Below the pieces are notes generated by a model. It saw nothing but the letters and a program-made list of their open reading frames with translations. It did not search any database and was not told the DNA's origin. Below are positions 37,962 to 48,654 of a stretch of DNA of 64,000 nucleotides, in pieces (the first letter of the stretch is position 1; each line of letters starts with the position of its first letter). The stretch covers positions 12,464,001 through 12,528,000 of the forward strand of contig CM075992.1 of assembly GCA_038087875.1 (NCBI GenBank), read 5' to 3'. The position numbers and the translations under genes are program-made. The DNA is from Malacoraja senta (lineage: Eukaryota).

Positions 37962-38524
37962 GTATTGTTGGGGAGATGATTTTTCTGACCCCAAATATCC
38001 GTGCTGGTGGGGAAAGGGCAGGGGAGGGTGACGAGGAATATTGGCATCGAGGAGTAGTAGGAGAGAGGCTGGGGTGTGGGGTGAGGAAATCTGGAGAGAG
38101 AGAGGGGAGGAGCGGGTCTGGACTGGGGGGGGGGGGTGTGGGGGAGGGGGTCTGTAATGGACAGGCGGGGTGTGGAATGGGGGGGAGGGAGAAGAGAGAT
38201 CAGAAGGGGAGTAGGGGTTTGTGGGAGGAGGCTTGGAATTGGCGGATGGAGGGAGGCTGGGAAAAGGCGAGGCGGAGGTCTGGAGTGAGGGGAGGTGGGA
38301 GTGGGGGTGGGGGAGTGGGAGTTCTGGAAGGTTGGTGCTGGGGAGGGGGGAGAGGGAGGTCTGATATTGGGGTGGAGGTTGCAGGAGGGAGTCTGGGGAG
38401 ATGGGCCAGGAATCCATTGGTGGGAGCGGACCCCAGGGGAGGGTGGATGTGGGACAGTGTCGAGAGGGGAGGAGGGCAAGTAGAACTGTGAGTATAGTGG
38501 AAGAGAAGGGTAGGTATAGCACGG

Positions 38525-38800
38525 GAACAGGCCCTTCGACCGTCGACCCTAATTCCGCGCTGACCTGTGATCCCCGTACACTTGCACTATCCTGTACACT
38601 GGGGACAATTACAATTTATACCAAAGACAATTAAACTACAAACCTGTACGTCTCTGGAGTGTGAGAGGACACCGAAGCACCTGGATAAAACCCACGCGGT
38701 CACATGGAGAACGTGCAATCTCCGCACAAACAGCAGCCGTAGTCAGGATCTAACTCGGGTCTCTGGTGCAGTGAGGCAGCAACTCTACCGCTACCCCTTG
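38525..38800 (-). mobile_element. HE1-like V-SINE (empty-site paralog of the Rex1 insertion)
   Basis: Continuous across agtcaggatctaactcgggt. Confidence 0.7.
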
Positions 38801-39173
38801 TGCTGCCCTAAGGAGTGAATGGGTGACTGGAGATTGCGGGAGTAGGGGGAAAGTCAGTGGAGAGCTTGTGGAGAATGTATTTTGGTGCGGATTGGGCGAG
38901 GGGTGTGAGTGTGTTGTGAAAAGGATGGATTGAGTCAGGATCCAGGGATAGAGCTCTGTAGGAGAGTCGAGGAGGAAGAAGGAAGGTGGCGTGGAGCGTG
39001 TTGGAGGAGTGTGTAATGTTCCAGGTGAGATGTGGGACCTGTGAGATTTGGTGTGTGTTGCTGTCAGCATGGACTGGTGACTCTTGGTCTCTGCAGCCGA
39101 CTTCCCTCCTGATCAGCTGTTCAATGTGTTTTTACTCTTTTACCCTCCCTGTCCCTCCTCTCTCTTCTTCCAG

Positions 39174-39250
39174 ATCCACCGTTGGACACAACTCTGGAAC
39201 CCCAGGGAGCAGGGACTGGAGACTCTGGTCCGGGTTTAACTCGTGACCCA
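39174..39250 (+). pseudogene. Truncated S2 exon lacking its 3' end and splice donor
   Basis: Acceptor intact; reads DPPLDTTLEPQGAGTGDSGPGLTRDPH*; the donor was removed by a ~1.1-kb deletion. Confidence 0.65.
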
Positions 39251-39397
39251 CACTAACCCACACTATACTACACACAAGGAGACTGGATGATGCTGCTCTC
39301 TCCACAGAGCCAGTCCTCCAATTCCCAAACTCCGCTGACTGTCTGATGACCTGTTGTAGTGTTGCCACACTCCCGTGTCTCTGTTCCTTTATTCCAG

Positions 39398-39493
39398 ATC
39401 CCCAGATGTCCACAGTGGAACAGACCCAGGGATCATCGACTGGAGAATCCATCCAGGGACCGGCTTCTGTCCCAGTGGGAGACACATCCTCAG
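39398..39493 (+). CDS. Stalk exon type S3 (96 nt)
   Basis: DPQMSTVEQTQGSSTGESIQGPASVPVGDTSS, bounded by AG and GT. Confidence 0.7.
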
Positions 39494-39554
39494 GTACCAA
39501 ACCGTCTCACACATTTTCACTTGTCCTCATTAACCCTGTCATGGGGGTCATAGA

Positions 39555-41450
39555 GTGTGGAAACAACTCACCCACACCGGCCAACATGTTCCAGCCACAC
39601 TAGCCCCACCTGCCAGCATTTGGTCCATATCCCTCCAAACCTCTCCTATCCATATACCTATCTAACTGTTTCTTAAATGTTGGGATGGTCCCTGCCACAA
39701 TTTCCTCCTCTGGCAGCTTGTTGCATACATCCACCACCCATTGTGAGAAAAAGTTACCCCTCAGATTACTATTAAATCTTTTCCCCTTCGCTTTAAACCT
39801 ATGTCCTCTGGTCCTCAATTCACCTACTCTGGGCAAGAGACTGCATCTACCCGATCAATTCCTCTCATGATCTCATACACCTCTAGAAGATCACCCCTCA
39901 TCCTCCCGTGCTCCAAAGAATAGAGTTCCAGCCTACTCAACCTCTGCCAAGAGCTCAGATTCTCTAGCCCTGGCAACATCCTTGTAAATCTATTCTCTCC
40001 TTTTCCCAGCTTGGCAACATCTTTCCTATAACACGGTGTCCAGAACGGAACACAATACTCTAATTGTGGCCTCACCAATGTCGTAAACAACTGCAACATG
40101 ACCTCCCAGCATATATACTCGATACTCTGGCTGATAAAGGCCAATGTGCTAAAAGCCTTTTTGACCACCCGATTTACCTGTAACTCCACCTTCAGGGAAC
40201 TATGCACCTACACTCCTAGATCCCACTGATCCACAACACTCCCTAGAGCATTACCATTCACTGTGTAGGTCCTGCTCATGTTAGACTTCCCAAAATTCAA
40301 CATCTCACATTTCTGTATTAAATTCCATCCACCTCAACCCACCTGCCAATCCATCAAGATCCTGCTGCAATTTTTCACAACCATCTTTACTATCGGTAAA
40401 ACCATGCACTTTTGTATCATCTGCAAACTTGCTAATCTGGCCTTGTATGTTCTCATCCAAACCATTGATATAGATGACAAACAGTAACGGGCCCGGCACC
40501 GAACCCTGAGGCACACCACTAGTTACAGGCTTCCAGTCCGAGAAGCAACCTTCCACCATCAACCTCTGCTTCCTTCCATGAAGTCAATTTTATATCCATT
40601 CAGCTATCTCTCCTTGGATCCCATTCCATCTAACCTTCCAGAGCAGCCTACCATGAGGATACTTGTCGAATGCTTAACTGAAATCCATTCATACAACATC
40701 TATAGCTCTGCCCTCATCGACCTTTTTAGTCACAACATTTGCCACCATCCCGTCTTCCGTCATCTCTCCTGTATTTAAAGAGTACTCGTAAATATTAACC
40801 AGGGCTGACGCAATTTCCTCTCTGATTTCCCACAATTTCCTCGGATATATCTGATCAGGCCCAGGAGATTTGTCTATCTTCATCCATGATATACCTTCAG
40901 CATCATTCGGACCATTAACGCCCTGTCCCACAGTACGAGTTCATTCCAAGAGCTCACCCTAGTTTAAAAAAATCAAACTCATGGTAAGCACGGTGAATGA
41001 ATGTAGCGGTTATGTCGGAGCTCGGGGACGTCACTTAGTGGCTCATAACGCTAACAGCAGGTACTCAGGAAGACTCACTAATGGCAGGTAAGCACGGGAA
41101 GATTTTTCAACATGTTGAAAAATGTCCACGATAGCCCCGAGTACCGACGAGTGGCCATTACCGTAAATCTCCGAATACGAATCAGGACAAACTCGGGAGA
41201 ACTCTTGGAATGAACTCGTACCGTGGGACAGGGCTATAACCAACACTGACTGGTCTCAAGACACTTCCATTGACTGCTCCAAGTTCCTCTGTCCCCCTGA
41301 CTTTCTCCTCGGTAAGTACAGAGGAGAAATACTCGTTGACGACCTTGCCCATCTCCTGTGGCTCTACACAGAGTTGACTGCTTTGATTCCTGAGGGGTCC
41401 CACTCTCTCTCTAATTACCCTTTTCCCCATTATCTATTTATAACATCTCT
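39555..41450 (-). mobile_element. CR1 LINE ORF2 fragments (paralog of 35190-36500), containing a MITE
   Basis: KSPGPDQIYPR, FSDWKPVTSGVPQGSVPGPLLFVIYINGLD, ISKFADDTK, LVRPQLEYCVPFW. Confidence 0.85.
40920..41234. mobile_element. MITE / non-autonomous DNA transposon with ~40-bp TIRs (possibly PIF/Harbinger-like)
   Basis: Left end GCCCTGTCCCACAGTACGAGTTCATTCCAAGAG; right end reverse-complemented GCCCTGTCCCACGGTACGAGTTCATTCCAAGAG; TAA-like flanks. Confidence 0.8.
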
Positions 41451-42801
41451 TGGGGTTGTCCTGAAACGTCACCTATCTATGTTCCCCAGAACTACTGCCT
41501 GACCCACTGAGTTACTCCAGCACTTTGTGTCCTTCACATTAAACTAGTCGGGTTTAGTGGAAATGGATGATTCCGTTGTGTGATGTGTAAGAGTGTTAAA
41601 GGAATACGGTCCGAGACTCTTGAAAGGCCGGCACCACCATTGTACCGAGCGTGCTGGATCAGTGGGGTATTACTGGAGTAACATACATGTGGTGAAATAA
41701 TCTGAGGATTCAGCAGAGACACTGTTGTCCCTGGAGCACATTGAGGACACGTCCAGCAGAACAGATGAGGGAACTAGTGGCTGGGCTATGGGGGATTTTC
41801 AGAAGGCATTTAGTACGTTCCTGCAAAAGAGGCTGGTCAACAAGGTCAGAGCACATGGAATTGTTCACACACTGACATGGATTGAGAATTGGCTTTTGGA
41901 CAAAGAGCAACAGGTGGCAATAAGCAGGTCATTCTCATGTTGGCAGCAGTGACGTGTGGCGACAAGAGGGCTCAGTTTTTGGGCCCCGGTGAATCACAAT
42001 CTGTATCAATAACTTGGCTGGGACGATCATCTGTGGACTGAGATACACCGTCATATCTCCCACTGACCAGCAGTGTCCCTTACGGTGCCCCCTGGTACCG
42101 AGCCTGGGACCCCCTCCCTGGGACCGAGCCTGGGACCCCCTCCCTGGGACCGAGATATCACCGTAACCCCCCCAACCCTCAAGGGACACAAACTGACCCA
42201 CAACCCCTCCCCAATGACCGAGTCTACTGCTCCCCTCCCCCCCTGGGACCAAGACCACCCCTCGAACCCCAACCTGAGCTGTCCCCTATACCCTCCCCCA
42301 GCGATCTCCCCTCCTCCGAGACCGAGCAAGCCAGTGAGGGGGAAGCAGGGAGAGTGTGGAGTGGGACAGTGGGGGTGGGAGAGTTGCGTGGGTGAGAGAG
42401 AGGGAAAGGGTGGGTGAGGGAGAGGCAGGGTCGAGGAGGAGGTGAGAGGGCAGGGAGGGGCGGGTGGAGGGGAATGAGGGCAGAGAGATGGATGAAGAGT
42501 ATTGAGTGATGACGGGAATGATGGGGTGAGGAGCAGAGGGAGTGGGGAGCAGAGCGGAGTGATGCAGGGACGGGTCCCAATCTGTGAGGTGTGTGGGGTG
42601 GAGGAGCTGGGAGGCAGTAACGATCACTCCACTGTGGAGTGGGATGTACTAGGGGTGTCAGGATACACGGTGCAGGAGAGGGCTGGACCGTTGGTGTCAC
42701 CAGAGACTGGTTTCGGCCGTGCACTTCCCTCTGCTCCCATCCCGCAGAGCTGCTGGATTATTTCCACACTACACCCGCTGTCTGTCCACACTTTATTACA
42801 G

Positions 42802-43017
42802 ATTCAGCCTCCGTACCAACTGAGGAACCCCAGGAAACAGCCGAACCCCAGGAAACAGGAGAACCCCAGGAAACAGGAGAACCCCAGGAAACAGCCGAAC
42901 CCCAGGAAACAGCCGAACCCCTGGAAACAGCCGAACCCCAGGAAACAGCCAAACCCCAGGAAATAGCCGAACCCCTGGAGGATGTGTCAACCGTCCGAGA
43001 ACCAGATACAAGCTCAG
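42802..43017 (+). CDS. Stalk exon type S1, expanded (216 nt, 72 aa)
   Basis: actttattacAG|ATTCAG...AGCTCAG|GTgtcg (weaker donor); 8 QETAEP-type repeats. Confidence 0.7.
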
Positions 43018-44658
43018 GTGTCGATGTGGGGATTGTTGGAACAGGTTCTTCCCCCAAACCTCCAAGGGGGAGGGAGTGGGGGGAGGAGGCGGTTGGGAGT
43101 GGCGGGAAGGGGGTGTCGAGTGGTGGAGGGAGGGGAGGGAGGGGTCGATAGTGGGGGGGCGGGGGAGGGAGGAGGTTGAGAGAGTGGGGGGAGGGAGATG
43201 GCGTTTGGGAGTGGGGGGAAGGATGGGGGTGGGGAGGGAGAGGGGAAGATGGTGGTCGGGAATGGTGGGTTCGTGAGGGGGGAGAGAGTGTGCGGAGGGA
43301 GTGGGGGAGGTAGTGGGGGAGGGTGTTAGGAGTGGGGGTGAGGAGGGGGTGGGGAGGTCGGGAGTGTGGGGTTGTGGGGGTGGTGTGGAGTGAGGCGAAG
43401 TAGCAGAAGGGATCTGGGGAGTGGGTGTGGGAGCTGTTGGAGGGAGCGGAGCTCAGGGAGAATGGAGTTTGGGCTTCACGGCGAGGGGAGGAGTGGGGAT
43501 ATGGGCGGGGGTCGTGGATAGAGGGGCGGAGGGTTGTGGGGAGGGGGCGGAGGGTTGTGGGGAGGGGGGGCGGAGGGTTGTGGGGAGGGGGGAAGGGTTG
43601 TGGGGCGGAGGGTTGTGGGGAGGGGGCGGAAGGTTGTGGGCAGGGGGGCGGAAGGTTGTGGGGAGGGGGGCGGAGGGTTGTGGGGAGGGAGGCGGAGGGT
43701 TGTGGGGAGGGGGGAGGGTTGTGGGGCGGAGGGTTGTGGGGAGGGGGGGCGGAGGGTTGTGGGGAGGGGGAGGGTTGTGGGGAGGGGGGAGGGTTGTGGG
43801 GAGGGGGGAGGGTAGTGGGGGGGAGGGGTGTGGGGAGAGGGGTGGAGGGTCGGGGAGTGGGGCGGAGGGTTGTGGGGAGGGGGGGAGGGTTGTGGGGGGG
43901 AGGGGTGTGAGGAGGGGTAGAGGGTTGTGGGGAGGGGTAGAGGGTTGTGGGGAGGGGGAATAGGGATGTGGGCAGTAGGAATGTACGGGGTGAGCGGGGC
44001 CGTGGTGTGATGAGTGAGGGCTGCACCAAGTCTGTGAGATCGAAGATTGAAGAGTTTCAGACAGTCGGCCCTCCCCGACCCTCAGGATCAGTGATCCCAC
44101 AGCGTGGAGTGAGATCCTGACTCACCCCGAGGCAACAGAGACACAGTATCACTGCCCTGTGTAGCTGCCCAGTCAACACACACTGCTGGCCACAGCAGGA
44201 CTGCAGCAGAGAGTAAGGCCAATGGTCACTCTGGTGTCTCTGTTGCCAGTAGACATGGGCACAGTGGGCGAGGGTAATGACAGTCCTGACTCAAACACAG
44301 AAATGTGCATCCTAAAGAACACCAGGCTGCTGGTGCAGGAGCAACATGTGGCTCGGGAGTTTCCACTGAGTATCTCTGGTCTGGACATTTCCGGGCTGAC
44401 CCCTGGTGCAAGTGTGCTGAGGGGGACGGGAGGGGAGGTGGTACATATCTGCCCGCTCCACCTTCCCATAGAATCTCAGGGAACTGGGACCATCATCGTT
44501 TCAGGAGACGATTTGGCTCAGGACCTTCCTTCAGTCCCAACAAGAGACGTCACCTACCATGTCCTCCAGAGATGCTGCCTGACTCATTGATTTACTCCAG
44601 CAGTTGTGCCTTCCTTCGGTAAACCAGCTGTTCCTTGCGTCCCCTGTTTTTTTTTCAG

Positions 44659-44742
44659 ATCGAGCGTCTGGAAATGCCGCAGGAACCGCTGACTCAGCAT
44701 CCAACTACAAGAAACCTTCTAACGATCAGACTCATGATGAAG
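44659..44742 (+). CDS. Putative stalk exon type S4 (84 nt, phase 1-1)
   Basis: ttttttttttcAG|ATCGAG...GATGAAG|GTgaga; encodes DRASGNAAGTADSASNYKKPSNDQTHDE. Confidence 0.6.
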
Positions 44743-44964
44743 GTGAGAACTTTCCCTCTGTCCATAGAGGTTAAACGGCTCCCTCAGCCATGGTCCGTAA
44801 CACAAGCCTGTCGTTGTGGGACCCCCACGGCTCTGTACAGGGACACCTGGTAGCCAACACTGACTGACTCATCAGTGCTGAGGGTGGGTGAAAGAGTGGG
44901 GAGACACACAAATACACCTTCTCATCACACCTGCAACATACCATTGCATTTCTCTTTCCACCAA

Positions 44965-45625
44965 GGTTTCAAGGTCAGTTTCTTGTCACATGGACCAATT
45001 AAGGTGCAGTGAAATCCGAATTACCATCCAGCCATACTAAACAAAAAGCAACAAGACACACAAGGACATAAAAGTCAACATAAACATCTACCACTGCATT
45101 CTTCATGTTCCTCACGGTGATGGAAGGCTATAATGTCCAATCTTCCTCTGTATTCTCCTGCGTTAGGGGCTGTCGAACCATCCGCAGTCAGGGCGATCGA
45201 AGCTCCCGCAGTTGGCGGTCGAAGTCCCTGCGTCGGGACGATCGAAGCTGCCGTGTCGAGGCGGTCGTAGCTCCTGCTGCTTGGAGCTCCCGAAGTCGGT
45301 CCCTAAACAGAGACTGCGAGCTCCATGATGTTAAATTACACAGGCTCCTGTGGTTCAACCCCAAAGACAACCGCGACTGGGATCGCAAGCTCCGCGATGT
45401 TAAGTCCACAGGCTCCCGCGGTGGAGCTCTTGAAGTCGGTCTCCAGCAAAGGCCGCCAACACCTCGATGTTAGGTCGCAATGCGGACGCAGATACGGTAC
45501 GGAAAGAAATCGCATCTCCGTCGAGATAAGAGACTAGAAAAAGTTTCCCCCCCACATTAAACATGCTAAAGAACACTAAAAGCACACATTTAACACATAC
45601 AAACATACCACAAAGAAGGAAGGTA
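44965..45625 (-). mobile_element. Unclassified non-autonomous retroposon-like repeat (second copy ~47318-47975)
   Basis: The minus-strand end ttcactgcacctta..catgtgacaagaaactgaccttg resembles the Rex1-type tail at 7530-7570; CpG-rich core with gatcgaagctc repeats. Confidence 0.4.
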
Positions 45626-47012
45626 CAGACAGACTGCTGTTGTTTGACCAGCTGGGTATTTCCAGCATTTATGGGTTATATCACAGTATCTCGTCCACAT
45701 CCTCTGGGATGTTGTCCAGCTTTCTGTCAATCTGCATTCATTCTATTCACATGTGTTACAGTCCAGTGCCTGACAATCTCCACCACTGTGGGGCGGAGGG
45801 TTGTGGGGAGGGGGGCGGAGGGTTGTGGGGAGGGGGGCGGAGGTTTGTGGGGAGGGGGGAGGGTTGTGGGGCGGAGGGTTGTGGGGAGGGGGGCGGAGGG
45901 TTGTGGGGAGGGTTGTGGGGAGGGGGGCGGAAGGTTGTGGGGAGGGGGGCGGAGGGTTGTGGGGAGGGGGGCGGAGGGTTGTGGGGAGGGGGGAGGGTTG
46001 TGGGGCGGAGGGTTGTGGGGAGGGGGGCGGAGGGTTGTGGGGAGGGGGGGGTTGTGGGAGGGGGGGAGGGTAGTGGGGGGGAGGGTGTGGGGAGGGGGGT
46101 GGAGGGTCAGGGAGTGGGGCTGAGGGTTGTGGGGAGGGGGGGAGGGTTGTGGGGGGAGGGGTGTGAGGAGAGGGGTGGAGGGGTCGTGGGAGGGGTAGAA
46201 GGTTGTGGGGAGGGCAGAGAGTTGTGGGGAGGGGGGGAGGGGTTTGTGGGGGGGAGGGGTGTGTGCGGAGGGGGTAGAGGGTTGTGGGGAGGGGGGAGGG
46301 TTGTGGGGAGGGGAATAGGGATGTGGGCAGTAGGAATGTACGGGGTGAGCGGGGCCATGGTGTGATGAGTGAGGGGGTGCACCAAGTCTGTGAGATGGAA
46401 GGATTGAAAAGTTTCAGACAGTCGGCCCTCCCCGACCCTCAGGATCAGTGATCCCACAGCGTGGAGTGAGATCCTGACTCACCCTGAGGCAACAGAGACA
46501 CAGTATCACTGCCCTGTGTAGTTGCCCAGTCAACACACACTGCTGGCCACAGCAGGACTGCAGCAGAGAGTAAGGCCAATGGTCACTCTGGTGTCTCTGT
46601 TGCCAGTAGACATGGGCACAGTGGGCGAGGGTAATGACAGTCCTGACTCAAACACAGAAATGTGCATCCTAAAGAACACCAGGCTGCTGGTGCAGGAGCA
46701 ACATGTGGCTCGGGAGTTTCCACTGAGTATCTCTGGTCTGGACATTTCCGGCTGACCCCTGGTGCCAAGTGTGCTGAGGGGGACGGGAGGGAGGTGGTAC
46801 ATATCTGCCCGCTCCATCTTCCCATAGAATCTCAGGGAACTGGGACCATCATCGTTTCAGGAGACGATTTGGCTCAGGACCTTCCTTCAGTCCCAACAAG
46901 AGACGTCACCTACCATGTCCTCCAGAGATGCTGCCTGACTCATTGATTTACTCCAGCAGTTGTGCCTTCCTTCGGTAAACCAGCTGTTTCCTTGCGTCCC
47001 TGTTTTTTTCAG

Positions 47013-47096
47013 ATCGAGCGTCTGGAAATGCCGCAGGAACCGCTGACTCAGCATCCAACTACAAGAAACCTTCTAACGATCAGACTCATGATGAAG
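47013..47096 (+). CDS. Putative stalk exon type S4, duplicate
   Basis: Identical 84-nt exon bounded by AG and GT. Confidence 0.6.
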
Positions 47097-48454
47097 GTGA
47101 GAACTTTCCCTCTGTCCATAGAGGTTAAACGGCTCCCTCAGCCATGGTCCGTAACACAAGCCTGTCGTTGTGGACCCCCACGGCTCTGTACAGGGACACC
47201 TGGTAGCCAACACTGACTGACTCATCAGTGCTGAGGGTGGGTGAAAGAGTGGGGAGACACACAAATACACCTTCTCATCACACCTGCAACATACCATTGC
47301 ATTTCTCTTCCCACCAAGGTTTCAAGGTCAGTTTCTTGTCACATGGACCCAATTAAGGTGCAGTGAAATCCGAATTACCATCCAGCCATACTAAACAAAA
47401 AGCAACAAGACACACAAGGACATAAAAGTCAACATAAACATCTACCACTGCATTCTTCATGTTCCTCACGGTGATGGAAGGCTATAATGTCCAATCTTCC
47501 TCTGTATTCTCCTGCGTTGGGGGCTGTCGAACCATCCGCAGTCAGGGCGATCGAAGCTCCCGCAGTTGGCGGTCGAAGTCCCTGCGTCGGGACGATCGAA
47601 GCTGCCGTGTCGAGGCGGTCGTAGCTCCTGCTGCTTGGAGCTCCCGAAGTCGGTCCCTAAACAGAGACTGCGAGCTCCATGATGTTAAATTACACAGGCT
47701 CCTGTGTTCAACCCAAAGACAACCCCGACTGGGATCGCAAGCTCCGCGATGTTAAGTCCACAGCTCCCGCTGGTGAGCTCTTGAAGTCGATCTCCAGCAA
47801 AGGCCGCCAACACCTCGATGTTAGGTCGCAATGCGGACGCAGATACGGTACGGAAGAAATCGCATCTCCGTCGAGATAAGAGACTAGAAAAAGTTTCCCC
47901 CCCACATTAAACATGCTAAAGAACACTAAAAGCACACATTTAACACATACAAACATACCACAAAGAAGGAAGGTACAGACAGACTGCTGTTGTTTGATCA
48001 GCTGGGTATTTCCAGCTTTATGGGTTATATCACAGTATCTCGTCCACATCCTCTGGGATGTTGTCCAGCTTTCTGTCAATCCTGCATTCATTCTATTCAC
48101 ATGTGTTACAGTCCAGTGCCTGACAATCTCCACCACTGTGGGGCGGAGGGTTGTGGGGAGGGGGGGCGGGAGGTTTGTGGGGAGGGGGGCGGAGGTTTGT
48201 GGGGAGGGGGGAGGGTTGTGGGGCGGAGGGTTGTGGGAGGGGGGCGGAGGGTTGTGGGGAGGGTTGTGGGGAGGGGGGCGGAAGGGGTTGTGGGGAGGGG
48301 GGCGGAGGGTTGTGGGGAGGGGGGCGGAGGGTTGTGGGAGGGGGGAGGGTTGTGGGGCGGAGGGTTTGTGGGAGGGGGGGCGGAGGGTTGTGGGGAGGGG
48401 GGGGTTGTGGGGAGGGGGGGAGGGTAGTGGGGGGGAGGGTGTGGGGAGGGGGGA

Positions 48455-48654
48455 NNNNNNNNNNNNNNNNNNNNNNNNNNNNNNNNNNNNNNNNNNNNNN
48501 NNNNNNNNNNNNNNNNNNNNNNNNNNNNNNNNNNNNNNNNNNNNNNNNNNNNNNNNNNNNNNNNNNNNNNNNNNNNNNNNNNNNNNNNNNNNNNNNNNNN
48601 NNNNNNNNNNNNNNNNNNNNNNNNNNNNNNNNNNNNNNNNNNNNNNNNNNNNNN
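48455..48654. other. Assembly gap (200 N)
   Basis: Run of N. Confidence 1.

Larger units (their letters stand above)
43522..48454 (+). repeat. Tandem ~2.35-kb duplication (2 copies plus the start of a third), each led by a G-rich minisatellite (GGGGCGGAGGGTTGTGGGGAG)n
   Basis: Minisatellite at ~43522-43960, 45787-46315 and 48137-48454; equivalent exons are 2354 bp apart. Confidence 0.9.

Noticed and set aside
44061..44590. Possible extra exon or ORF (MVTLVSLLPVD...)
   Set aside because: Weak acceptors, no recognisable domain, and the frame is broken in the duplicate at ~46750.
42758..48454. Pro-rich and Gly-rich ORFs up to 423 aa
   Set aside because: Produced by the G-rich minisatellite; no splice or motif support.
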